DNA of 64,000 nucleotides, from contig OZ076421.1 of NCBI GenBank assembly GCA_964187785.1, positions 16,616,001 to 16,680,000 of the forward strand. Direction: 5' to 3'. The notes under the pieces are model-generated. The model was given only the letters and a program-made list of their open reading frames with translations, did not search any database and was not told the DNA's origin. The DNA comes from Amphiscolops sp. MND2022. Its lineage: Eukaryota. Shown piece after piece: positions 35,883 through 46,600 of this stretch (its first letter is position 1; each line of letters begins with the position of its first letter). Both the position numbers and the translations under genes were made by a program.

Positions 35883-37036
35883 TGGTGACAGGAGTCAACA
35901 GGACTCACAGAAATCAACGACATCATTTCCAAGACGAAGAAGACGAAGACGACTACGAAGACGCACCCAGCAACACTACGGAATCTGCACTGCTCAACGC
36001 CATCCAGGATCTGCCTCGAAAATTGCAGAAAACCAACACAAAACTTCTTCAAACTCACGTGCCAAATTTCCGCGGATCAAAAGACAAATACAACGAGTTC
36101 GAACACTTACTACTCAATCATTTCCGCCCCATCGCCAATAAAATCACGGAAGAAGATAAAATCCACTTCTTCCAGAGCTTACTTCGAGACGAGGCCATCG
36201 ATTTTTGGCAAACTATCACTATAAGCTCAACAACGACACTGCAAGATGTCCTCCAACTATTCCGAAAAGAATTTGCAAAAGAAGACATGAGGGAAGTTGC
36301 CAGATACAAATGGAACGAAGCCAAATACGACCCAACCACTCAATCATTCGGAGACTTTCTAAAAGACCTTAAGAAAATCGCCAAACAAGCCTATGGCGAC
36401 GAAGCTGATAAATGTATCAAGATGTTCCTCTTCGGGAAATTACCTGTAGACATCCAACAAGAGCTGACAATGGCTAATAAAGAAGACAGCAGCCCTGAAG
36501 AGATAAAAACATACCTCCTCCGAAAATACCAGTACCAAAACGTTATACAACAATCAACCTCGACATACCAGCTGTTCAACCAGATGTCCGATAACAACAC
36601 CAAAAAAGAATTCACCCGATCTGACCAATCCCAACCCAAAACCGAGACCAAACGATTCGAAGGCAAATGTTTCTACTGCGGGAAACAGGGACATAGAAAA
36701 CAAGAATGCCGAGGAAGACAACGAGATGAGGCTAATGGCACAACTAAACCAGACGCCATACAACCAGCCAAACGACAAGAAGACGACAAACCGAAATACA
36801 ATCCAAAACTCGTTTGTCAGATTTGCGGATACACCGGACATTCCGCTAGAGATTGCCGAAAACGAATTCCCAAACAAACCAGCACTCCATATGGACAACT
36901 CCCATACAAACGAACTGACGACCAGGAAAACAAAGAAAGACGACGTGAATTAAAACAACAACAACGCTCAATGAACCAACTGGAAATCCAAGATGACAAC
37001 GCAGACCTGTCCTCAGAAGAACAGGATTTTCAGTAA
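35552..37036 (+). CDS. gag: Gag with two CCHC knuckles; frame starts inside the 5' LTR, with one premature TAA at 35690 in this LTR copy
   Basis: ORF 35771-37036 carries CFYCGKQGHRKQEC and CQICGYTGHSARDC. Upstream ATG 35552 is in frame, and the 3' LTR has CAA at the equivalent codon. Confidence 0.88.
35883..35895 (+). promoter_or_regulatory. Primer binding site, probably tRNA-Leu
   Basis: TGGTGACAGGAGT directly after the LTR-terminal CA; one mismatch from the complement of a typical animal tRNA-Leu 3' end (TGGTGTCAGGAGT), from memory. Confidence 0.7.
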
Positions 37037-40000
37037 AGCCACAATTTCACTCCGCGAACAACCAACGTGCGCACCCATACTCTGACTCAACAACTCACTC
37101 TACTCGACAAACTCAACACAATCGTCATCAGAGGTCTTGGCAGCCCTCTGGTGATTCCCGCAAAGCAGACGAAGTCTATCTGCGAAGACACAGACAACCC
37201 GATGAACAACCGATGAAGTCGATGAAAACCAACAACAGGTTCACTCCATTGGAAAATTCACACGATGAGCAAACGATGAACTGGCATAACGACGCATTGA
37301 GGCCTGCGCACGATGCCAAAGAGATGTCCCCACATCTACAATCAACAGACCGACTCTCAACCGATGACAAATCGACAAAACGAATTAGTAGTAAAACACA
37401 TGCAAACGACAAGAATAGTATTCCAAAAACTAAAAAACATGCAACCAATAACCAATTTCACGTGCTTAGTCCTACTTTACATTTAAATAAAAAGGATAAG
37501 ATGTTGTTTGTCCCCCTCCAGTTTAACAATTACGAGAACCAAGGTCTTTTAGACACCGGAGCAGTGCAAAGCGCACTCTCAGAAGCAGAATTACGCAAAA
37601 TCACCGCTGCTCATCCCGAAGCAGTGCTAGACGAACTACCACCCCCTAACTTTAAAGTTCAGATAGCCAACGGCAATCTAGTCCCGATTCGAAAACAAGT
37701 TCTTTTGCGCTTTTTCATAGCAGGAAAAGTCTTTGAAGAAGTCTTTTTAGTCCTCCCCACGATGGGAACGATACTGATTGGCATGTCGTTTTTTGAAAAG
37801 TATTCTGTCAACCTGGACATTAAAAATCACCTAGTCCATTTCCCTAATCACATGATGTCAATGCAAGTGAGACAACAGACGAATAAGAAGTTCAAAACTG
37901 GGTTAATTGATTTGTATTCCAGCTGCAGAACAATCATCCCTCCCCGCCATCAAGTACTGATTGAGGTCCACAGTGACGCGGACATATCACGTACAACTGG
38001 CACGGTCGAAGGGACTCCAGCATTCATGCGCAAGACGTGCCTCTTGGTGTCTCCAGCAGTGGTTGACCTAGACGATGGAAAAACGATGATTCAGGTCACC
38101 AACCCCAATGAGCACGTGTACACACTCGAGGCCAACACGAACCTGGCCAATTTCAGAATACCAACGCCCCATCAAGCAGCCAACATAACGCCGATGCCAG
38201 TAGAGCACTTGAAGTTGATCACAGACCACCCCGAGGATGCAGCAGCCGTGATCAATCAACTTTTTGTGAATCCTGAGATGAAGTCTACAAAATGGTACCC
38301 GACGCCAGAGACGTGTAGTGAGCCAGACAAACTCAACCAGATCGAAAGACGCATTTTCGATGAGATTGTGGCTCTCAGAGAACTGGAGAAGCTCGATCCC
38401 GCCCGCTCCCATGACGAACGAGTCAAGTTCCTGCAGAACTTCAAGTGGGACGAATCGCTTCTCTCTCCGTCTCAACAAGCTCAGGTAGAGGAGTTGCTGG
38501 TAAAGTACAACTCCATTTTTGCTAGACATCGTTTAGACATCGGCATGAATACTGATTTTAAGGTAAAACTAACTCCCCAGCATGAAGAACCAGTTTACTC
38601 TCAAAGTCTCCCTACTCCCACTAACCTAAAAGATGACTTGCTTGTAGAATTAGCGTTAATGCAGGAGTACGGGATTATAACTACTCTTCCTTACAGCAAA
38701 TACTCTTCACCGATATTTGCACAACCTAAACCGAATGGTAAACTAAGGATTTTAGTTGACTTGCGGAGAATCAACCACCTGATCAAGAAGGATTACGGAG
38801 AACATAACCACCCAGTTACAACTGTTGCAGACGCTGCTCAGCACATGGCCGGGAAAAAATACTTCTGTAAACTAGATTGTTCCCAGGCCTACCATTGCAT
38901 TCCAATGGCCGATGAGCAGTCGATACAACTTTTGTCTTTTAATTTTGGATCACGTACCTTTGCCTTTCTTAGGCTTGCTCAAGGTCTTAACCGTTCTCTT
39001 TCAGCCTTCACGAGCGTAGTCCGTGAGTACTTGGACCCCTTGGTCAAAGCGGACCGCTGTGCCCAGTATGTTGACGACATAGGCATAGCAGCAAACACGC
39101 CTGATGAATTGATTGAAAATTTAGAACTTGTTTTTCAGCAGTTGACCAAAGCTGGATTGAAACTCAGCATGAATAAATGTGAATTTGGCCAACAGCAAAT
39201 TGAATACCTTGGCAAATCTATTTCTAGCACCGGAATAGCACCCATCGAAAAACGAATAACAGATTATTTGAAAAAGCTCAAACCACCCAATTCAGTTAAA
39301 GCTCTCCAACGGTACTTAGGATTTGTCAACTTTTACAGGTCCTATATTCCCCGGTTGGCCGACAAAACAGCCGTTCTTCACGAGTTAATCAAAAAAGACA
39401 CCATTTTTAAATTAGAACAACGCCACAAAGATGAAATTTTTGACATCAACGAAAGTTTACTCAAGGCTACTAAACTGTCATTGAAACTTCCCCTCCCGGA
39501 CAAACAACTAGTAATCATGTGTGACGCGAGTGAACATGCAGCAGGTTATGTCCTTCTGATAGAAGACTACTCTGAATCACAATCGGGTAGCTTAAAGAAG
39601 TACGCGCCAGTTGCCTTTGGCTCTAAGAAATTTCAGGGTGGACAGATGTCATTAACAATGTACGCCAAAGAGTTTTTGGCTATGCATTTCGCATTCGATG
39701 AGTTCGGTCACATTCTGTGGGGTTCGAAGAAGCCTATAATTGTAATGACAGATAATAAAGCACTCACCCGTTTCTTTCAGGCCAAACACATACCACCGTC
39801 ACTTTGGAATTTTTGCGACCAGACACTCCAGTTTAATTTTATTTTAGCACATGTACCAGGTATCGAGAATCCCGCGGCGGATTACCTATCCAGATTGGAA
39901 ATTAGACCTGAAGAACGTGTTCATTTAAAATTAACTGATTCCATTCCAGTCCATTACATAGAGATTGACATTGCCTCGAAGACGCCAAAGCAGGAGGACG

Positions 40001-40098
40001 ATGAACCAGACTACTTCCCTCCAAGCGAACCACTGAGACAGAGGAAGTCACACGATGTAAAAACGATGAAAGTGACCAACCCTGAGACGAGACAGTGA
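36997..40098 (+). CDS. pol: Pol part 1: protease, dUTPase-like insert, RT, RNase H
   Basis: LLDTGAVQS; SPIFAQPKPNGKLRILVDLR; QYVDDI; MCDASEHAAGYVL...TDNKAL...ADYLSRL. Confidence 0.93.
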   Translation, partial: QRRPVLRRTGFSVKPQFHSANNQRAHPYSDSTTHSTRQTQHNRHQRSWQPSGDSRKADEVYLRRHRQPDEQPMKSMKTNNRFTPLENSHDEQTMNWHNDALRPAHDAKEMSPHLQSTDRLSTDDKSTKRISSKTHANDKNSIPKTKKHATNNQFHVLSPTLHLNKKDKMLFVPLQFNNYENQGLLDTGAVQSALSEAELRKITAAHPEAVLDELPPPNFKVQIANGNLVPIRKQVLLRFFIAGKVFEEVFLVLPTMGTILIGMSFFEKYSVNLDIKNHLVHFPNHMMSMQVRQQTNKKFKTGLIDLYSSCRTIIPPRHQVLIEVHSDADISRTTGTVEGTPAFMRKTCLLVSPAVVDLDDGKTMIQVTNPNEHVYTLEANTNLANFRIPTPHQAANITPMPVEHLKLITDHPEDAAAVINQLFVNPEMKSTKWYPTPETCSEPDKLNQIERRIFDEIVALRELEKLDPARSHDERVKFLQNFKWDESLLSPSQQAQVEELLVKYNSIFARHRLDIGMNTDFKVKLTPQHEEPVYSQSLPTPTNLKDDLLVELALMQEYGIITTLPYSKYSSPIFAQPKPNGKLRILVDLRRINHLIKKDYGEHNHPVTTVADAAQHMAGKKYFCKLDCSQAYHCIPMADEQSIQLLSFNFGSRTFAFLRLAQGLNRSLSAFTSVVREYLDPLVKADRCAQYVDDIGIAANTPDELIENLELVFQQLTKAGLKLSMNKCEFGQQQIEYLGKSISSTGIAPIEKRITDYLKKLKPPNSVKALQRYLGFVNFYRSYIPRLADKTAVLHELIKKDTIFKLEQRHKDEIFDINESLLKATKLSLKLPLPDKQLVIMCDASEHAAGYVLLIEDYSESQSGSLKKYAPVAFGSKKFQGGQMSLTMYAKEFLAMHFAFDEFGHILWGSKKPIIVMTDNKALTRFFQAKHIPPSLWNFCDQTLQFNFILAHVPGIENPAADYLSRLEIRPEERVHLKLTDSIPVHYIEIDIASKTPKQEDDEPDYFPPSEPLRQRKSHDVKTMKVTNPETRQ
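37024..37030 (+). promoter_or_regulatory. Candidate -1 ribosomal frameshift site G GAT TTT (gag to pol)
   Basis: The heptamer is in gag phase, one codon before the gag stop. The -1 frame is open from 36997 into pol. Confidence 0.7.
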
Positions 40099-42191
40099 TG
40101 CTCGACGATGGCAAACCGATGAAAACAGTTGACGTGAAGACGACGACAATTAATGAAGATGACAAAACGATGAATTGTGTAAAATCAGCACCACAGGCCT
40201 CTGAGAACGACCACACAAGCTGCCTTCAGATCTACCGACTCATGACTGATGATCAATCACCAGTGTACACAAAATTCATCATTAAAACATCGTTACTAAA
40301 CCCAGTAACGAAGGAGGTTAGCCCCTCCGGGGGAGTCGATCTATTTTTAGCTCAAAAAACAAATAGCGACATACAACTGATGTTAAAAAATTTGTCTGGA
40401 GAAACTACCTTGAACCACTCTGTAAACTTGATGTCAACCTTTTTCCAAAAACTTCACAAAAATCGAAAACGCCTTGAAAATGTAAACGGAGTCCTGTACC
40501 GTATCTTTTATGACCATACAGGCCTTGAGTCCCATAAACAAATTGTTGTACCTGAACAAGTGATGTTAGAAATAATCAGGTTTTTCCACAACAACCCTGT
40601 GCAGGGACACCCTGGTTCTAAAAAGATGCTACATGAACTACGAAAACGCTACTACTCTCCCAGCTTAGCCGAAAAAACACAAAAAATTCTAGAAAGTTGT
40701 GAAAATTGCATGCGATCAAAATCTACGAATGAATCAAACCTCCGCCCGCCGTTGCAGAAGATATACGATCCGTGTAACGGCCCTACTGACCTTCTGGAGA
40801 TAGATATAGTTGGACCACTGCCCGCTTCGAACGGCTATCCTCACATTTTGACCGCAATCGACGTATTTTCGCGTTATATGTTTGCCGTACCACTACGTAA
40901 GCCTGACACAAAGTCTGTTATCAACGCCCTTCTGTCGGTATTCGCCAAACACGCATACGTTCCAACACACATCCTCACAGATAAAGGATCCGTTTTCACC
41001 GCTGAACTGTTCAAACAACTCACAAAAACCGCCGGCATTGAAATCTCCCATGCAACGATAAAACATGCACAAACTATAGGCATGGTCGAGAGAAGTCATG
41101 CAAAACTTAAAAGGATTTTAAAAATACATGTAAATGTAGACAGACCACAATGGGACCGCTATGTCGACATAGCAATCATGGCCCACAACACCACGTACCA
41201 CGCTTCTCTGAAATGCTCACCAACTGAGATCTTTCACGGACGCACTCCATACAACGCTTTGGACCTAAAATACTCTAACCCTGAAAGAAGAGTCGACACC
41301 AAATTTGGAGACGTCAACGAAATCCTAGACCGCATGAACGAAATTTACCGAGACAGCACCGACAACATAGTAGCTGCGTACCACAAGTACAAAGCTTACT
41401 ATGACAGAAAAGCCAAAGCCCAACCTCTCAAGGTAAACGACTTTGTTTTCCTACTTGACCCCAAATACGACTCTCAGGGTTGTAAAGAAGAGTTCAAGAC
41501 CTTCCACTGGAAGGGTCCGTTCAAAGTGATGAAAGTGCTATCCGACAGTAACTACATCATTCGGAAAGTAGGAACGTTCAAGACACAATGCGTTCATCGC
41601 ATACGATTGAAAATTTTCAAACCAGAATTCCCTGTAAAAGACGTAGACATTGGTAACCAACCAGTATACGCTGACACGGATCGCACTGAAGACTCTGATA
41701 TTTTCGACTCGCACGTACTGAGACAACCTGAAACAACCTCGGAACCGGATGAACCAGAAACTGATGAAGAAACACCAGTTGACAGAGTCATTCGACTAAA
41801 TTCTCCAGATTACAGACAGGCAATCAGACGCGACAGACCGCTAAATCGACTACCGAACCGACTGTCGTTAACACCACAACCGGAAATAATCATCGACGAC
41901 CCACCTCAAAATGGCCCACAGGTGCAGTTCAATGAAAACGATGAGATAATTCCACAAGATATCACTGAAGACACATCAAAACCGCCAAAACCATTAAAAA
42001 TACCTACCAACACCGAGACACCCCAACAGGTGAACTATGACGAAACGCCAAATCTGATAGCAACAAGGACAAATAAAAGCAAATATAGTCTACGCGAAAA
42101 TCCTCAACCGAAACGCTACTCAGACTTCCTAATTCACGAAATCTCAACTGCTCGAAACGCTCTACGTAAAACAAACACTGTTCTGCAGTAA
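40095..42191 (+). CDS. Pol part 2: integrase (HHCC, DDE, GPF motif, acidic/Pro-rich tail) in a separate frame
   Basis: FHNNPVQGHPG...CENC; LEIDIVGP...IDVFSRY...TDKGSVF...GMVERSH; WKGPFKV. Confidence 0.92.
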   Translation: MMLDDGKPMKTVDVKTTTINEDDKTMNCVKSAPQASENDHTSCLQIYRLMTDDQSPVYTKFIIKTSLLNPVTKEVSPSGGVDLFLAQKTNSDIQLMLKNLSGETTLNHSVNLMSTFFQKLHKNRKRLENVNGVLYRIFYDHTGLESHKQIVVPEQVMLEIIRFFHNNPVQGHPGSKKMLHELRKRYYSPSLAEKTQKILESCENCMRSKSTNESNLRPPLQKIYDPCNGPTDLLEIDIVGPLPASNGYPHILTAIDVFSRYMFAVPLRKPDTKSVINALLSVFAKHAYVPTHILTDKGSVFTAELFKQLTKTAGIEISHATIKHAQTIGMVERSHAKLKRILKIHVNVDRPQWDRYVDIAIMAHNTTYHASLKCSPTEIFHGRTPYNALDLKYSNPERRVDTKFGDVNEILDRMNEIYRDSTDNIVAAYHKYKAYYDRKAKAQPLKVNDFVFLLDPKYDSQGCKEEFKTFHWKGPFKVMKVLSDSNYIIRKVGTFKTQCVHRIRLKIFKPEFPVKDVDIGNQPVYADTDRTEDSDIFDSHVLRQPETTSEPDEPETDEETPVDRVIRLNSPDYRQAIRRDRPLNRLPNRLSLTPQPEIIIDDPPQNGPQVQFNENDEIIPQDITEDTSKPPKPLKIPTNTETPQQVNYDETPNLIATRTNKSKYSLRENPQPKRYSDFLIHEISTARNALRKTNTVLQ

Positions 42192-42277
42192 GTAGAAAAC
42201 GGCAGAAAAACATGTAACAGACGATCTCACACCAAATCGATGGTTAAATAACATTCCATCGTGAAGAAACAGTAAAA

Positions 42278-43799
42278 TTACGATAGACCTCGAATCTCTT
42301 CTTCCATGTCCGCTGCTTCCACGGCGCTCATCATTGCCCCGGTCCTCCGACGCAAAAACAAACCACGCCGAGAACGCACAACGCAGTCTAACTTGTGATG
42401 GACCACACCACGACAATGCTCTAGAAAGGTCGAAAGGCCTCGGCTCCCGACCTTCAGATCACTCCGGCACAGCAGACATCGTACGTACGCATCGGACGAC
42501 CTATGAGTCCGTGCGAAACCCAGAGACATCCCTGCGTACGGATGTTGGAACCAGCTTGCTCTAATGCTGTTCCTTGCAACTAAAACAAAGTTTGATGATA
42601 AAACGATGAAACCCCTCGCTCTAGCAGCTAACCCACGTTCTCCGCTTGCGTAAAACGATGAAAAAACGATGTTTTCACTTAACGCTAACAACAAAATTAG
42701 AACGATGAAAAACCGATCTTTCTACTGCAAAAAGCCAGAAAACGCCCTAAGACGACAAAAGACGGCCACCAAAACGCAAAGTACGAAAATTAATCAAAAA
42801 CCCGAAAACAAAACTAAAATGTTTAACTAAACACTTCAACCGATAAGTTCAGTAACCTGATAACATTAACATATTGAAATTACGGTGAATCACATGATCC
42901 TTGAAGCTGTTTAGTTTACCTGACCGAACGAGACGACGGGTGGAAACTACAGCATTGTCAACAGATGAACTGCCCCCGTCAGATGTGCTTGATTCATCAC
43001 CAGCAGACAGGGCTCCTGCAACTACACAACCACCCACAACAGCCTCAACACTTGATACACCAGCATCCATCGGAACTTGCTCTTCTGCACCGACGCCTGC
43101 TGGATCCATTCGACTGCTGGGTGACGACTCAATTGAGAACTCACGTACTGTTTGTGTGGCGACACTCTGCGGAGCCCCTTCCTGGTCAGAACCACACGCC
43201 ACAGACATCATGTGGCGAACGACAGGCCTCTCCAAGCCATACGCCTCTCGCGGGACTGAAAGCAACAGAGTTCATCATTGTTACATCGCGGAATCCACTT
43301 CGCTGACAAAGAGATGAATCTAATGCGAATCCACTTAAATTGCTACAACAGGCGATTTAAAACCACGAATACAAACAAAAGTGTCACTTACTGGCACTGG
43401 CAAGCTCTTCTCGCATTACATGCCGAAAGTAACCGTCATACCAATGCAATGACAGCGACCCAAGAGATTGCTGCCACGGAGAATACACTGAAACGACATC
43501 ATGAATGAATAACGATGATTGAACGATGGAGAACATAAGTTGGCACACTTCTCGAAAAGAACGGCAGTCGACTCACTCTGTGGATACAAGGGCATGAACG
43601 GCTGAGGTCCCGATGGAGTCTGAATGGGCGTCATGGGCCCCACCCCCGTCAGTTGAGTATACACTCTAGGGCTCCCAGACCCAGAAGGCGTCGCTTGATC
43701 TGCAACAGCTAAACGAAATTTATTCACATTAGAGTTGCCCCAATCCACCACAGACGTGAAGATGAAGAAAGAATAACTAACGAATTGGGTTAGAATCAT
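42278..43799 (-). CDS. Predicted 4-exon antisense gene (~318 aa) with a C-terminal BED-like zinc finger: exons 43799-43577, 43487-43392, 43255-42920, 42579-42278
   Basis: Donors GTGAGT (43576), GTAAGT (43391), GTAAAC (42919); acceptors gtttcag (43488), ctttcag (43256), ttgttttag (42580). All introns are phase 1; internal exons are 96 and 336 nt; the joined frame has no stop. The last exon has W...RCLLC...G..TFLEHCRGVVH. Confidence 0.72.
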
Positions 43800-44786
43800 G
43801 GAAAGGATTCATATGTTGGTCGTCATACATCTTGACGATGACAAATGGAAACAACGATTGCAATCTGAAAAATAACACGACACGATTGAAAGAAGGATAG
43901 TAAATGTGAACTCAATTTGAAGAAACGAAATCAACAGTAATCGACAAATATAATGGCCTGATCAACCGTGATATGAGATCGATTTCAACCTTAAAATATC
44001 AAAGAAGCAAAACGTTTCGACTACATCTAACAATACACTCTCAAAAGACAAAAAATCTGCTCAAATTTCTTCAATATTGATTCAATTTCACTGCCTCCTT
44101 CCACCAACTAGCAGAGGAAACACCAGTTTGAATGGACCAATTTACTCAAAATACTGTGGAAATTTTCTCAAAGTGTTAGATGTAGCTGCCAGCGTCGTTA
44201 GCAATTTGAATGATTTACACACTCAGCGGAAAGACGCACTCGAAATTGTGGCTACTTTATTTACTTAATGACTCATCAAGATAACTGAACGTTTCCGTCT
44301 CGCACACAGTTGGCATTACTGCCGCTCCACCACGCAAGTTATTACATAATATTTTGTTCACGCTTATTCAACTCTCCATCACAAGTTCACCGCTCTCCGG
44401 TCACGTGTTATTCATTCTCTCCAATCTATCAGACGAAACGACGCTACCAATTCCAATTGTGAACAAATTCCAGCGAGATTCTACAAATCACTCCTGACAG
44501 CTATTTTCAAGCCGATCTGCGGACAATCGACGGGCCAAGAACTAGAACTGACGCGTCCAAACTTAACCGAAATAACCGAGCTCTCACCAGATACCAAACC
44601 GATGAAACACGTCTCCTTCTCAGAGAAGACACAAATGAGACAGAACCAACGAAGGCACAAAACCATTGAGAACCAACGAAGGCCACTCCCCTGAGACCAG
44701 CGAAGGAACATGTCAAAGCCCACGCTGCGACAACCATCCTCTGCACATTTGGCCCCTGCACTCCTCTTCCAAATCCCCCCCGGGAG

Positions 44787-46600
44787 TGTCATGCCAGCAT
44801 GATGGAAATATAATCTACTAAATATCTGTAATGTAAATAATATGTCTTATGTACTTAGATATGGGCAATATGATGTCATATAATAAGATCTATGGTTGTG
44901 AGCAACCCTACGTTACTTGTACCTAACCCCCTATCCCCATTGAGATTTTGAGCTATTTACTTATCTAATACTGAGCATTCTAGTTCCGTTTGTCCGCAAT
45001 TCATGATCGTACTAATAAGCAAATGATGCTATTTTATATTTAATGGCTTGTCACGAGAAAGGAAAGTAGTCTCTCGGTCAAACTGGACCGCCATAACGAA
45101 TAGACAAGATGGATACTCGCTAGGGAACTCCTGCCTCAGAGGAAACTAGCGTGACAAGCCTCCTCTCTTTGAAATACATGAAACGATGAAATAACGATGC
45201 TATTAGTGCTAGAACTCGTGATTTGATTCAATCTAACTAGTTTCATCCATATTACATCGCTCAAACATGACCAGAACACCAAAAAACGAGAGAATTGAAA
45301 AGACGATGTAAAAGCGATGAAGCTACTTGATTGAATACTTGTGACCACATGTTTCATCGTTTATGCATCACTCACGCTTCTAAGCCCTGAAGAACAGTGC
45401 TAAACTAGCGAACGATGGAAAAGCGATGGAAATCTTTCATCGTTTTCTCATCTACAGCTAAAATCACGCTTCTAGACCTGACTACAGTGCTAAACGGCGA
45501 ACGATGGAAAAGCGATGGAAATCTTTCATCGCTTTCCCATCTATAGCAAAAATCACCTTTTAACGATGATAAAGTGATGTAACTACTCCAGAATTATATT
45601 CAGTGCTCTCCCCATAACTCAGTTCATCGTTTTCACATCTAGTTGATCACTTCAACACTAGAGCGAAGCTCATTCATCATTTCTGCATCCACAGACATAC
45701 AAACAGAATCAACTAGTGAAAACGATGTCTAAACGACAAAACTTGTTATAATTTGCATTTTAATCAGTTCAACGATGATTAAACGACAAAACTTGTCATA
45801 ATTTGCCTTTTATCGATTCAGTGCTAGCAAATCATCATTTATACATCCCCGTGCCTCCGAATTTGAACTCTATCCATTTTAGACACTAATTTAGCGCAAT
45901 TGCAGTAACTATCATGACTCAGAGAACGCCTGCTGACATTAGTTCATTATAAATTCATGATAATTGATTTGAATTGTGTTATTGCGCAATTGCTAATTGG
46001 TAGCCCTCTTGCGGCATGCAAAACAACCGGTCACGTGACCAAGTGCTAATTAGCACTCACCCGACATCCAATGAGAAGGAAGCGATGGTAAGAATTGCGT
46101 CTTACCATCGATTTGGTGAGAAGGCTACCAACTAAGTCACACGATTTGCTATACCAGTACGATACGCTTACATTCTCTGTTAGTTCTACAATACGTATAT
46201 AATTGCCTTAGTCTTACTACATACTCTCATAATTCAACTCTTATCCGACATTCCTGCTTTTCATTGCTCATGAGTATCGAATCCGCTAAAATACTTAGAA
46301 ACGGAAAGGTATTATCTAATTCTTTACCGGAAACTTCCTCGATCGACGCGAATAATATTCCCAATCTTAACATGGAATCCTCAAATAATTTCTCAGAAGA
46401 GATAAACCAATCGGGTAGGAATTCGCCGACGAACGAAGATCGTACTCAAACGGCGAACGAAGAAAGATTTAATCGTCTACAAGACGAAATGTCGATACTG
46501 AAGTCTCTAATGGAAAAGATCATAAGTCAGAACGAAGAACGAAACAAGCAAAACGGTGGTTCCTTTGCGACGTCGTCTTACGCCGTAGGGACCTCCAACA
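44787..46600 (+). repeat. 3' LTR (1814 bp)
   Basis: Direct repeat of 34068-35882; preceded only by a weak purine tract (cccgggag). Confidence 0.96.

Larger units (their letters stand above)
34068..46600 (+). mobile_element. Full-length young Ty3/Gypsy LTR retrotransposon (12533 bp) with 5-bp TSD CATGC
   Basis: Both LTRs run tgtcatgcc...ctccaaca. CATGC lies at 34063-34067 and 46601-46605. PBS follows the 5' LTR; internal order is gag-PR-RT-RH-IN. Confidence 0.97.

Noticed and set aside
42901-43508. Plus-strand ORFs 42901-43317, 42965-43306 and 43278-43508 as env
   Set aside because: No signal peptide, fusion or TM features; best explained as shadows of the minus-strand exons.
44481-44792. 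Minus-strand ORF as the first exon of the antisense gene (phase-1 GTGAGA donor near 44586)
   Set aside because: Phase would fit an acceptor near 43710, but the peptide is not protein-like and overlaps a + strand relic; insufficient support.
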